IMG/VR virus record: IMGVR_UViG_3300045988_108162
Span: 12,467-76,466 of that record
Source of the DNA: a virus
Reading direction: 5' to 3' (one strand)
Length of the DNA: 64,000 nucleotides
A model generated the notes under the pieces. That model was given only the letters and a program-made list of their open reading frames with translations. It was not told the DNA's origin and searched no databases. Of this stretch, positions 48,918 through 58,844 are shown in pieces (the first letter of the stretch is position 1; every line of letters begins with the position of its first letter). A program made the position numbers and the translations under genes.

Positions 48918-49754
48918 TTAAAAATCAATTACCGCCCGAACCCTGTAACTATTGTACTCAATGTTGCTGTGCGTGCCGCCATTGGAGAAGCTCACGAACC
49001 ATGCGCTGACCTTGCTGTACTCGGTACTGGACCAATACCGCGCCGAGGAGAGGGGAGATGCCGAAACATAAGCGAATGCTTTGTTTAGTTCGTCCATATG
49101 ATGGGCCATTAAATTTAATTGACCAAGAGATGGTATATACTCGTCATCTTCCAGCAGATTTCTCAATTTTGGATTTCTGGCTACAAGGCGTTCCGTATTG
49201 CCGCGTCCGTCAATATCAAACAGCGCATCACATTCACGTTCGTAATATGTCTCACTTCCGGATTCTTTACGGCTATCATTGTCAAGCAACCGTACACTAT
49301 CATGCTCCTCCAGCGAGATAGCAAACGATACGTCTTTGTGTTTTAATCCGATATAACGCACATTCTCTTTAATATTCTCTCCAGTAAACGGCTCAGCGTG
49401 TCCGTTTCCGTAGATTAGATACAAACCATCTTTTCTTGATGGTACTCTATTTTCACATACGCATCTTTCATTTTTTGGTCTTACAATTATGTTCAACTCA
49501 TTCAACACATGATCTTTTATGACTTCCTTGCTTATTCTTTCTACAAAACCATAATTCCTTTGTTTAAGCTCATCATTTACCATACATCTGATCCAATTTT
49601 CTATCTGATTGTTTCCTCCGTATGTATTATGCATGCACCTTTTTACAAGCTTTTCCAATAATGATTCTATGTTTTTGATTATATCTTCTTTGGTAAGGTG
49701 AAGTTCATTTAGTATGCAGTTTCTTACCGCCTTGTATTCTTTACTTGTGCTCAT
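48918..49754 (-). CDS. Hypothetical protein immediately upstream of the ATPase (possible partner)
   Basis: 278 aa, 13-nt spacer to the ATPase. It has a GC-rich 3' end. Confidence 0.55.
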   Translation of the reverse strand: MSTSKEYKAVRNCILNELHLTKEDIIKNIESLLEKLVKRCMHNTYGGNNQIENWIRCMVNDELKQRNYGFVERISKEVIKDHVLNELNIIVRPKNERCVCENRVPSRKDGLYLIYGNGHAEPFTGENIKENVRYIGLKHKDVSFAISLEEHDSVRLLDNDSRKESGSETYYERECDALFDIDGRGNTERLVARNPKLRNLLEDDEYIPSLGQLNLMAHHMDELNKAFAYVSASPLSSARYWSSTEYSKVSAWFVSFSNGGTHSNIEYNSYRVRAVIDF

Positions 49755-49908
49755 AATATATCCACTTAATACTGTAAATTATATTTTTTCTCTCTCCCAC
49801 TGTCTTCCCCTATAGGATTATTCCATCCATATTTTACAGCCGTAGCTTTAAATAGAGGAAGTCCATAAAATCTATAATCATTCTCAAGATGAGCATATAC
49901 TGTTGATT

Positions 49909-50571
49909 TCATTTCAGCTCTTTAATTAAAGCATCCGCATATATTACAGCTAATTCAGCCGCCTTATCACACGTCTCCAATATTAATTCACCGTGAGGTC
50001 CACGCCCTGATACGGATGTGATCGGAAGCATGGTTTTTGCCATCTCGTATCTACGTTGTTCCCAATCTACATGGGTGTTACACGGTTCTTGATTGACCTG
50101 TATATATCTTCCTTCAATATTAGAAGATCTTAATGTTTCCGCATTCTCTTCGCCGAATGCAACCAGAATAGACCCACATCCTGGACTTTCACCTATTGTT
50201 CCATCTTCTCTGTGGAATTTTATCCTTCCTTTCATGAACAATATACCTTTTGCTTTCGGGAATACAACATCCTGAAACATCTTATTGTCAAGACGATTAA
50301 AAAGAAGAGCTATTCCATTATTGTGCTCTACCATACGAGCAATAAAATGCTCTATAGTCGGTCTTGAATAAGGTGGGTTTAACCATACCCTTCCTTCCCA
50401 TTTTTGTTTTAATCCATCTTGCTCTTTGTTATACATAACCCTGGCTGTCCTCCATAACGGACGCATAGGCGCACATGGATCTAAATCAAATTTCCCTAAA
50501 GCGTCTATAATTTCTTTAGGTGTGTACCATTCATCTGTACTGTTTTTAGATTTCTCAAATGATGTATTCAT
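49909..50571 (-). CDS. dam: Phage Dam-family DNA N6-adenine methyltransferase
   Basis: Reads DEWYTPKEIIDALGKFDLDPCAP, then WLNPPYS; both are diagnostic of the phage Dam family. Confidence 0.75.
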   Translation of the reverse strand: MNTSFEKSKNSTDEWYTPKEIIDALGKFDLDPCAPMRPLWRTARVMYNKEQDGLKQKWEGRVWLNPPYSRPTIEHFIARMVEHNNGIALLFNRLDNKMFQDVVFPKAKGILFMKGRIKFHREDGTIGESPGCGSILVAFGEENAETLRSSNIEGRYIQVNQEPCNTHVDWEQRRYEMAKTMLPITSVSGRGPHGELILETCDKAAELAVIYADALIKELK

Positions 50572-50589
50572 ATATCTATGTTTTATAAG

Positions 50590-51252
50590 TTAATCCCATC
50601 CTCCAGTAGTGTACAAAGATACATCTTCCTCCTCTACGTTTACACCTTTAATAGCCTGTAGAAGTTTTTTCTTTGTCTCCCGGCACATATTGTAACCATA
50701 TCCTTTATACCGATATGAGCGCTCCCATGTGCTTACTGGAAAAGGAATATTTTCGTCAATGACCAGCCTCTTCATATGAAGATGTTCGAAGAATTTCTCA
50801 TGATAGAGTAGTTTGTACTCGTATGCTACTATGCTTGCGGATGAGAATGGAAAATAATCATCTTCTTTTTCTTCGTATTTGGGCTCCTTATAGTAAGCCA
50901 TTTTTGTCACAGTAAAATCGAAGCTCCTAAGAATCTCTTTCGGCTTTCCAAACTCTGACTCTATGAACTCTATCCATACCTTTTCTCCCTCTTTCTGGAA
51001 CGCACATACCTTCTCATTTCTGTACTTAAATTTCCATCCTTCTTTCTGATGTTTTTCATCATTGAACGAATCAATAGCCTCCTGAAAATCGCTTTCACTT
51101 TCAAAGAAAATATCAATGTCTTTTACTCTTTCTCCGGAAAGGATATTTTTAAAACATCCACCAGCTATGAATCCTTTGTGGCCTTCCATATACTTGTCAA
51201 GCCATCTTATTTGCCAGAAATTATCTGGAGTATCTATTACAAAATTATTCAT
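50590..51252 (-). CDS. Minimal nucleotidyltransferase-fold (Pol-beta-like) protein
   Basis: GGCFKNILSGERVKDIDIFF matches the hG[GS]...DhD pattern. A third acidic residue probably lies in RSFDFT. Confidence 0.5.
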   Translation of the reverse strand: MNNFVIDTPDNFWQIRWLDKYMEGHKGFIAGGCFKNILSGERVKDIDIFFESESDFQEAIDSFNDEKHQKEGWKFKYRNEKVCAFQKEGEKVWIEFIESEFGKPKEILRSFDFTVTKMAYYKEPKYEEKEDDYFPFSSASIVAYEYKLLYHEKFFEHLHMKRLVIDENIPFPVSTWERSYRYKGYGYNMCRETKKKLLQAIKGVNVEEEDVSLYTTGGWD

Positions 51253-51270
51253 ATTGCTTATGTTTTGCCG

Positions 51271-51525
51271 TTACCAAGCGAGATAAAAATTCCGCTTCAC
51301 AATAATACAATGAGTGTAATTACTCAGGTCGATTCCGTTGTCCGTAAATGCATCCAGGACCCGTTTTTCCACGTATTTGAGTTTTACTGTTATCCCCTTC
51401 TTAAACACTTCTATTAACTTCTCATTGCACTCAATAGGTCCAATAAGACAGTATCTATTCGAAGGACTGTCTGATATACAATATGTCTGACATCCTAACA
51501 TGTTGCTTAAAATTACTTCGTTCAT
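51271..51525 (-). CDS. Hypothetical protein
   Basis: 84-aa ORF. Confidence 0.45.
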   Translation of the reverse strand: MNEVILSNMLGCQTYCISDSPSNRYCLIGPIECNEKLIEVFKKGITVKLKYVEKRVLDAFTDNGIDLSNYTHCIIVKRNFYLAW

Positions 51526-51532
51526 AATTTCT

Positions 51533-52009
51533 CTATGATTCTAATATGGTGTCTACAAACTCCGTTATTTTATCAACGGATTCTTTTGATAAGGTATATC
51601 TTCTCCAATCCCATCTAAAATGCGCTTTTGGGAGATTTTTAGTAGAATATTTTTCATTTCCGTCCTTGTTAGTCCATTCGTAATTATCCTCTGGATCCGC
51701 CACTTTTATCCCCGATTTAGGTCCGTTACGAAAGCTATATAGCATTCTTATAACCGATTCAAAATCCGAACCTATATCAAATAGCATATGATACACCTTG
51801 TTTATTAAAGCCCTATCAGCTTGTTCCAAGTCTTCACCAAACAACTCTCTTACGCTCCAATTTTTCATTTCTGAATAACGAATGAAATTAAGTTTCCCTT
51901 TTTCTATATTAGGATTTTTTCTTGATAATACAAGCTCCAAATCTTTCACAAATGATTCTTTTAGCTTCTGTTGTCCTAACAAGGCGGTGTATTTGCTTAC
52001 TATATCCAT
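51533..52009 (-). CDS. Hypothetical protein
   Basis: 158-aa ORF. Confidence 0.5.
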   Translation of the reverse strand: MDIVSKYTALLGQQKLKESFVKDLELVLSRKNPNIEKGKLNFIRYSEMKNWSVRELFGEDLEQADRALINKVYHMLFDIGSDFESVIRMLYSFRNGPKSGIKVADPEDNYEWTNKDGNEKYSTKNLPKAHFRWDWRRYTLSKESVDKITEFVDTILES

Positions 52010-52233
52010 TATCCAAAGTTTTTTAATATTGCTTCAAACGAATCATATTTAATCCCTAATGTATCATGCGCCTTTTGGGATCCACATTCACATTCTCCTA
52101 CCTTATGTTCTGATCCACAATCGCATAAGTCGATCCCCAAATGGTTGACGCAGTGGTCGCAGCAGCAGGACTGGTGAAGCCATGTGGCATCACCAGCATC
52201 CAAATCCAATTTTTCAAATGTTTCCCAAAACAT
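52009..52233 (-). CDS. Small Cys-rich (Zn-binding-like) protein
   Basis: Contains CCCDHCVNH...CDCGSEHKVGECECG. Confidence 0.4.
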   Translation of the reverse strand: MFWETFEKLDLDAGDATWLHQSCCCDHCVNHLGIDLCDCGSEHKVGECECGSQKAHDTLGIKYDSFEAILKNFG

Positions 52234-52303
52234 GCTATTCGAAGCTCCATTATCAAATCTGATAGTGACTGCACTGCATTTACATTTTGTATGTATTCTA
52301 TTT

Positions 52304-52552
52304 TCATATATGTTCCATTTTCAAAATTTCTGGGGACAGATATTCTTGTAACTCCAATTTGCGTATTGGAACAAGACAATCCAGATGTTTAGCATCCATT
52401 TCTTGCTTATCTTCATCTACCCACGTTAAAGTACCTTCACTGCTACATTCCGGGCATTTGTCAGCTCCACATGGAAGAAGCATTTGTGCTCCACATAAGA
52501 CACATCTTACCCAGTCTCCGTGCTGCACCCCTTCGTATGTTCTTGTTTTCAT
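52304..52552 (-). CDS. Small Zn-ribbon protein
   Basis: Contains CVLCG...CPEC. Confidence 0.4.
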   Translation of the reverse strand: MKTRTYEGVQHGDWVRCVLCGAQMLLPCGADKCPECSSEGTLTWVDEDKQEMDAKHLDCLVPIRKLELQEYLSPEILKMEHI

Positions 52553-52554
52553 AT

Positions 52555-52749
52555 TTATTGTTTATCATTTATAACATTTACTTCTTTACTCCACAAACGT
52601 CTCTTATATATCGGAGTGATGCCGATCAGAATACCACTATCTTCACCCCAATACTGAAGTGTTTTGGACTCAATTTTATGATGCAATTCCTGTATCCCTC
52701 CTTTGTTTCTGTCATAAGGATAAAAATCAGATAATTTTACCATTTTCAT
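52555..52749 (-). CDS. Small hypothetical protein
   Basis: 64-aa ORF. Confidence 0.35.
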   Translation of the reverse strand: MKMVKLSDFYPYDRNKGGIQELHHKIESKTLQYWGEDSGILIGITPIYKRRLWSKEVNVINDKQ

Positions 52750-53483
52750 TTTTCTGGATTTTCAGTAGTTCCTAAAAGACATTCATTACCCTCAAAATGA
52801 ATACAATAATCCCATAATGTTCCATTGGAACATTCGTACTTATAAGGCAATCCATTATAATCGTCCACAATTTCCCTTGCAAACAAACTGATATTCCATT
52901 TTTTATTTCCTTCTTTTCTTACCAGCACTTTGTCAAACGGCTTAAAATCATATTTCAGCTTTTCTTCAATCCCAAAGAAGCGTTTCAGATACTCTTTAGC
53001 TTCAGGTTCTTTGCTTGCCTTTAATGCGTCAACCAACTTTTGTCTTTCGGATTCAGTGGCAAATCTGTATTTTTCTATCTTATTTTCCCAAGCAGATAAA
53101 CCATCTTCTATTTTAAGAATACCTTTTTGATTTAAAGAGGCATAAAAAGACGTTAAATATTTCCCATGTGTATTTAAAATAAAGATATAGCTACCATCTT
53201 TATTACTTAACACCTCTCCATCTTTAAACGTAGTATATTCTGGAACTTCAAGAAGGAGTCGATTTGCGCTACTAAGTGCTTTTCCTGTAGCAGAAAACCA
53301 GTCTGCCGATACAGAAATCGAATGAATTACAACCAATAACGGACAATTTGACGAATTGTCTTCATATACGATTTCTGCTCTATTTTGTCCTTTCTCTGTC
53401 ACAATACGACCTGCTATTTCCCCTATGTTTATTTTTTTCGCCGTTTCTAAATCAAACGGAATTGTTGCTGTTCTCTGTTCCAT
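52746..53483 (-). CDS. Hypothetical protein, intact copy of a tandem paralog pair
   Basis: 245 aa. It shares an N-terminus (PFDLETAKKI) and a C-terminal DFKPFDxVLVR...LFAR...YKYEC...GNExLLGT domain with the next gene. Confidence 0.55.
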   Translation of the reverse strand: MEQRTATIPFDLETAKKINIGEIAGRIVTEKGQNRAEIVYEDNSSNCPLLVVIHSISVSADWFSATGKALSSANRLLLEVPEYTTFKDGEVLSNKDGSYIFILNTHGKYLTSFYASLNQKGILKIEDGLSAWENKIEKYRFATESERQKLVDALKASKEPEAKEYLKRFFGIEEKLKYDFKPFDKVLVRKEGNKKWNISLFAREIVDDYNGLPYKYECSNGTLWDYCIHFEGNECLLGTTENPEK

Positions 53484-53487
53484 GATC

Positions 53488-54232
53488 TTATTTGCTTTTA
53501 TTAGTTCCTAAAAGATGCTCATTTCCTTGGTATGGGATACACTCTTTGTATCTCAAACCTCCCAAGCATTCATATTTATATTCTTCTTCTCTTACTCTGG
53601 CAAATAAGTGTAGATTCCAATTTTCCAAATTGCTTGCTCTCACCAAGACTTGATCGAATGGCTTAAAATCGCATTTCTTTTCTTTAGTCAGCAAGTATTC
53701 GTACTCACTTAGATATTGTTTTATTATTCCTGCTTTTTTAAGGTTTTCTGTATTAGCAATTCTTTCAGCAAAAGATTTTTTCTCTTCCTCTGTGGCTAAT
53801 CTAACATACTTGGATTTATCCTCACCACACACACTTGTCCATATTGGAGCTTCTTCAGATGTAATCTCGCCATATGCCGATATACCATATATGCATCCCA
53901 TATCTCCTTCTCTATTAATAATACCATTATATATAAATGGGTTCCCAAGCGTGCTTATTAATACATCTCCTTTCTTAAAATACGCTCCAGCCTCTACTTC
54001 CAATTCCAGAACGTTGTTGAAAAAAGTACGACCTTCTGTATCGGCATATATAGCACTTATCCCAGATTCATCTTTTTTTTACAAAAAGTAAATTATAACG
54101 ATCTGCACAGTCTTTTGACTCATATACAAATTCTATTTTAATATTACCAATTAATACTGAACCTTCTATTTCTCCGCTTTTAATTTTTCTCGCCGTATTT
54201 AAATCAAACGGAACAATAATTGAATTTTCCAT
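53488..54232 (-). pseudogene. Frameshifted paralog of the 52746-53483 gene, interrupted at a plus-strand T8 tract (an A8 in the minus-strand coding sense) at 54070-54077; alternatively a slippage-dependent gene
   Basis: ATG at 54232 gives MENSIIVPFDLNTARKIKSGEIEGS...LLFVKKR, then a stop. Deleting one A fuses it in frame to the track ORF 53488-54003, giving about 247 aa co-linear with the paralog. Confidence 0.45.
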
Positions 54233-54274
54233 ATTTTTCTTATTTTTTAGTTGTTATGAAATAAGATGAGTTAC

Positions 54275-55339
54275 TTAAACCCATCCCAGTTGTTTTGCTA
54301 TTCTCTCCATTTCGTCATATGCTATCCTATGACATCCAGCGGTTAGCAAATCGTTTTCGTACCGATTTAGACTCCACTGGTGACCGGTGACGTCCTCCAC
54401 CAGACCGTGCCGAAACTCGGCGCCCCGGTGCATTGCCGACACAGCCCGCCACAGTTTTCTGGCTTCTGCTACTCCAATCTTTATCTGTTTACTTGTCTCA
54501 ATAATATTTCTTTTTATACGGATCCAGGCGTTAGGTTTTTCACCAGGAATATAGAAAGGTGTATTCAAGAAATTTATTTCTCCTGACTTCCACTCTTCCA
54601 GTTTTTCATCAAAATCCTTGTAACGGGCTTCTTCTTCCTTTCTTAATCTCTCTAATTTTATTCTTTCTCTTTCTTCCTCACCCTTTCTCCATCTTTCAGA
54701 TCTTTCTGAATACTTAATCCATGTACCTTCCCCGCAAACTTCATCTACAATCACATTAACGGTTCCAAGGACTTCCAGTGCTTGATGATTCAACAATATC
54801 TGGAAAATGTGTTTCAATTCACGGACATACTCACGTTTAATCTTATCTGATTTCCGTGATAATTCATGGTTAGTTCCAAGCCATTCGTTTGCGCTCTTTT
54901 TAAGAAGACGCCGGGGAGTCCCCATATCGAAGAACTCAATATAATCCATCAGATTTTTAAACGTTTCCCAAATATCTCGATAGGACAATTCGGTTCTTGC
55001 TTTTTTGTATTTTTCAATAGCATCTTTAATGGATTCCAACATATTGGTAACAAAGAGCATGTTACCGATACAATATGACATATTACATTCAACATAGAAC
55101 ACCTTTGAACCAGTTGGTATTGCTTCACGAACATAATATTGATGCTTGCTTGTAGTAGAAGAATAGTATGTATCATTAATCAAATACGCCTTTTCTCCAC
55201 GCTTGTTTCGCACGATTCTTCCGACCTCAAAATGTCTTCCATAGGAATAAATACTTTCACCTTCAAAATAGAAGTTACTACCATGCGCTGATTCTTGCTT
55301 TTCGTTTGCCCATAAGTGAGCGACCATTGAATTGTTCAT
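54275..55339 (-). CDS. Hypothetical protein
   Basis: 354-aa ORF with a GC-rich atypical segment near its 3' end. Confidence 0.55.
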   Translation of the reverse strand: MNNSMVAHLWANEKQESAHGSNFYFEGESIYSYGRHFEVGRIVRNKRGEKAYLINDTYYSSTTSKHQYYVREAIPTGSKVFYVECNMSYCIGNMLFVTNMLESIKDAIEKYKKARTELSYRDIWETFKNLMDYIEFFDMGTPRRLLKKSANEWLGTNHELSRKSDKIKREYVRELKHIFQILLNHQALEVLGTVNVIVDEVCGEGTWIKYSERSERWRKGEEERERIKLERLRKEEEARYKDFDEKLEEWKSGEINFLNTPFYIPGEKPNAWIRIKRNIIETSKQIKIGVAEARKLWRAVSAMHRGAEFRHGLVEDVTGHQWSLNRYENDLLTAGCHRIAYDEMERIAKQLGWV

Positions 55340-55351
55340 ATAAGTATGTTT

Positions 55352-55759
55352 TTAATTGTTTAACTTGCTTCTATTATATGATTCTCTTTGTTCATATTTT
55401 TCAATGCGTTCGGTTATCATATCGCAGAAGACTTGCCCCTCTTTTTCGGAACCTCTGAAGTAACCAACCATCTTCAGGATATTTCCGTCAAATTCATGGA
55501 CAAACTTGTTATAATAATGTTCACCCATTACCCGTCCGTATTTTTCTACGAACAAATCCTTGTCCAGTGATTCATCCTTAAAGCAACGGTTGTAATCCCA
55601 TCTTACGATACGAAACAATGTTTCAAAATTCAATCTTTCCATATCTTGTATTTTATGAATTTCCTCACATTCTTCATCCGTTAATCCAGTGTAATCATCA
55701 TTGATTAACGGACAAGCCCAATAAGATGGCAACCTGTATCTTATTACTTTTATGCTCAT
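55352..55759 (-). CDS. Hypothetical protein
   Basis: 135-aa ORF. Confidence 0.5.
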   Translation of the reverse strand: MSIKVIRYRLPSYWACPLINDDYTGLTDEECEEIHKIQDMERLNFETLFRIVRWDYNRCFKDESLDKDLFVEKYGRVMGEHYYNKFVHEFDGNILKMVGYFRGSEKEGQVFCDMITERIEKYEQRESYNRSKLNN

Positions 55760-56148
55760 AGTTTTATTAATCTACAGTTACTATCTTCAAATACCGGAAC
55801 CTTCCCTTGTTCTCTAAAATAAGCAGTGGCCACCTTGAAAGCATAAAGCGGATTTACTTTCTGGATTTCTCGTTGTGATTTATAGAAAGATACTGGCTGG
55901 CATACATAGAAGTTTTCATTGCCAAGACTCCCAAAAAGCCAATCCATACTACCTTCATCACAATTAGTGCCACCCAGTATTATTAAATCACATCCGGTCT
56001 TCCGGGTCCCTAAGATGAATGTCTTGTTCTTATTCTCTGGCCGCATAAATATCTCTTTATCAATATTAAACCAATCACTTTGGCAACTTTCTACATCCCT
56101 TAGAACGATCTCGTCAATCTCACGGGCATATTCTTCTTGTGTTTTCAT
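55756..56148 (-). CDS. Hypothetical protein
   Basis: 130-aa ORF. Confidence 0.5.
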   Translation of the reverse strand: MKTQEEYAREIDEIVLRDVESCQSDWFNIDKEIFMRPENKNKTFILGTRKTGCDLIILGGTNCDEGSMDWLFGSLGNENFYVCQPVSFYKSQREIQKVNPLYAFKVATAYFREQGKVPVFEDSNCRLIKL

Positions 56149-56160
56149 AAGGCATGTTAT

Positions 56161-56703
56161 TTAAAAGAAACTCCAACAATATGTCACAATAAATTCCCTC
56201 ATTCCGTATTCAGCAAGCTGCTGAAACGATTCTATCCCATTACAATAATAAAAAACATTATCATTATCATCATCGTTGATACTCAGCGATAGTTTGATTG
56301 TCACTCTTTTATCGTCTCCTGTTTCTTTCCACACAATCTGACATTCTACGTATTCAGGCTCCTTACCTGTTCTTTCTACAAATTCAAGGAATCTTAAATC
56401 AATTTCATATTTGACTCCTTCAACATTAGATATCACTACCTCGTTTTCACAATCACTGCAAATAGCATGCATGAAAGCTCCATCAAAATAATCTATTATT
56501 TTTCCGGTATTCGGATTTACTATAGCTTCACAGGCGACATTTGTTCCACCACATCTTGTACATATATATCCCATAATTATCTGTTTTTTAAAATGTTCAA
56601 CAATTTCATCTACTGTAGCCTTACGCCACGCAAAGCAGGCCCCGTCTCCCCTGAACCGGAGCTCTTCGCACTTTACCCACCTGTCTCCTGTGGCGTCCGT
56701 CAC
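56161..56703 (-). CDS. Hypothetical Cys-containing protein
   Basis: 180-aa ORF. Confidence 0.5.
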   Translation of the reverse strand: MTDATGDRWVKCEELRFRGDGACFAWRKATVDEIVEHFKKQIIMGYICTRCGGTNVACEAIVNPNTGKIIDYFDGAFMHAICSDCENEVVISNVEGVKYEIDLRFLEFVERTGKEPEYVECQIVWKETGDDKRVTIKLSLSINDDDNDNVFYYCNGIESFQQLAEYGMREFIVTYCWSFF

Positions 56704-56719
56704 TATCAGCCATTATAAC

Positions 56720-57634
56720 CTATTCTTCTAAGCCATTCTCTATCATGACTTCCTTTATCAATTCATCTGTCTCCTCGTAACATCCCCAGCAAGAATCAAC
56801 CTCTTCCCATTCTTCACAATCTTCATCCTCCCTTGATTCGTCTTTGTATTTCTTGGTAAATGCTACCTTCTTTTCAAGAACGTACCCTTTTACATCTCCC
56901 CACATCCACATACCTATGGACTTTACTTCATCATCTATAATCTTGGCACAATCTTCTTTCCAATCTCCTTCTTTGTCGCAGACTTCATTATCATATTTTT
57001 CTTTTGTAGCGTATGCTATCCCTTTTATATAATCACCTTGACTATAACCCCTTGTTGACCACTCTATAGCCACCACATCTTTTCCGTATTTGGATATGAT
57101 ATCTAACAAATCTTCGTCATCCAGATCCTCTATTAATTCTCCTCTGTAATCAAAGTCCGTCAAATCACTTGGAAAAAACTCTTGACCTATATATGGACTT
57201 GTCTTATGCTTCAACTCCCATACATTGTCACCTCTGTTGTATGTAAATGAGATCTCATTCGCTTCCCCTTTCTTTAAATATTTTACAATGTCTTTCTGTT
57301 TTATATGCTTCATTACAATAGCATCAATAACATCTCTAAGATCATGCTTGTTATCGTAGAAGAAAGTTTTCCAATTGCATTCATCATGCAATCGATGCGT
57401 ATCAGAGTATTCAAAAAAGAATGACCCAAACAAACCCCAATTAGTTATAGGGCATTCTGAATCATGACAATAATACACTTTAATGCGATAATCGCCTACT
57501 TCTTTTGTTGTAATAAGATCGTCTTCCATGTCTTTATATTTTAAGATATAATATACTACATTACCGTATAAATCCACTCTTTTTCTTTCCTGTATGACTA
57601 CCTCGTAAGGCATTTCCTTGTCTCTTTTCTCCAT
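56720..57634 (-). CDS. Hypothetical acidic protein
   Basis: 304-aa ORF, D/E-rich. Confidence 0.55.
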   Translation of the reverse strand: MEKRDKEMPYEVVIQERKRVDLYGNVVYYILKYKDMEDDLITTKEVGDYRIKVYYCHDSECPITNWGLFGSFFFEYSDTHRLHDECNWKTFFYDNKHDLRDVIDAIVMKHIKQKDIVKYLKKGEANEISFTYNRGDNVWELKHKTSPYIGQEFFPSDLTDFDYRGELIEDLDDEDLLDIISKYGKDVVAIEWSTRGYSQGDYIKGIAYATKEKYDNEVCDKEGDWKEDCAKIIDDEVKSIGMWMWGDVKGYVLEKKVAFTKKYKDESREDEDCEEWEEVDSCWGCYEETDELIKEVMIENGLEE

Positions 57635-57708
57635 CTTTATCCTCCTTTCTTAAAAAAAACGACACCTATCTTCACAGACCAGTGCCGGCAACTAACTTAC
57701 ATGGAAAA

Positions 57709-58119
57709 CTACTTAACCTCAACTAATTCTACAGAGCTGTAGAATTTAGTGAAGCTACCAACAAATTCTCTTATATTTTTATATTCTTCTGGTCGTTTTC
57801 TGTTACCGTCTTTTATATAATTTACCCACAGTCTATCCTCTATGTTCTTAACCGCATTCTCTATAGTAAATTCGTCGCTGACACACATTAAACACGAAGA
57901 CCCGGTTTTCTTATGTGGTTTATACACCCTTGAAAAAGACCACATTTTTATCCTGTCGTATATATATCCGTTGTTGGGATAAACGAATCCTATTCGTTTA
58001 TCACCTTCTTTGGCGTAAAATACACCCGGTTCCTTTCCTCCCTTTCTATATACCACAAATCCTTTTTCTTTTAGGATCTTAACTACTTTATCTAATTCAT
58101 TTTCTACGTTCATTTTCAT
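57709..58119 (-). CDS. Hypothetical protein
   Basis: 136-aa ORF. Confidence 0.5.
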   Translation of the reverse strand: MKMNVENELDKVVKILKEKGFVVYRKGGKEPGVFYAKEGDKRIGFVYPNNGYIYDRIKMWSFSRVYKPHKKTGSSCLMCVSDEFTIENAVKNIEDRLWVNYIKDGNRKRPEEYKNIREFVGSFTKFYSSVELVEVK

Positions 58120-58558
58120 GCAAAAATTTAAAAACGACCCTCATTACATCTCCAAAGTTCTCCACTTTAACCCACTCATGAGCTACTGCTCTAAGTACGG
58201 ATGTTTCGTATGTTGGAACATTGTCTTCTTCAACCACCTTACAAGAAGCCAGAACCCCTTCGGCACGGTCATGCAGCTCGCAGAGACCGTCCGGCCGGCG
58301 GAATGCGCACCACCCATCTTTCACTGTCGGCTGGATCATCGCTATTGGTTTTTCTTTCACTGCAAGATACCCTACCATCCACATTGTTTCTTTTAGCCTG
58401 TCAGCGTATCCGGCATCTATGATAGCTTCTATGTCTTTTGGCGTACCAATACAAGGAACCTCACACATGTTCTTGCATTTATCACATGTACAAGGCTGCT
58501 CCCATCTATTATGATCTATGCCAACCAACCTCTTTATCCGTTCTACTTCCTCTTTCAT
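58097..58558 (-). CDS. Hypothetical Cys-cluster protein
   Basis: 153 aa, with CTCDKCKNMCEVPC. It carries an internal GC-rich island. Confidence 0.5.
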   Translation of the reverse strand: MKEEVERIKRLVGIDHNRWEQPCTCDKCKNMCEVPCIGTPKDIEAIIDAGYADRLKETMWMVGYLAVKEKPIAMIQPTVKDGWCAFRRPDGLCELHDRAEGVLASCKVVEEDNVPTYETSVLRAVAHEWVKVENFGDVMRVVFKFLHENERRK

Positions 58559-58559
58559 A

Positions 58560-58844
58560 TTATACTGTCTCTGTTAGTTTTTCATAATACAACTTCATTT
58601 CCGGTGAAGCGTATTCCATGAACGCTTCGAATAAGCGAGGCACCTCTATTATCATATTCACATTACAACCTTCTGCCTGTGAAAGCGATTCAAGATCATT
58701 ACTGTATGAACATGTTACATGAGCTCCTACATTAAACACATGTAAATCTAATCTTACATATTCCATACATAAATCTAACGCTTTAAACAAGTTCTTTACT
58801 TCATTCTTGTCAAAAAGTTCTACAAATTCTCTCAACCCCATCAT
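58560..58844 (-). CDS. Hypothetical protein
   Basis: 94-aa ORF. Confidence 0.45.
   Translation of the reverse strand: MMGLREFVELFDKNEVKNLFKALDLCMEYVRLDLHVFNVGAHVTCSYSNDLESLSQAEGCNVNMIIEVPRLFEAFMEYASPEMKLYYEKLTETV

Noticed and set aside
48965-49065. GGTTCGTGA-like T-loop motifs inside GC-rich islands as hidden tRNA fragments
   Set aside because: The motif is short, falls inside well-supported coding frames, and has no surrounding cloverleaf, so it is likely coincidence.
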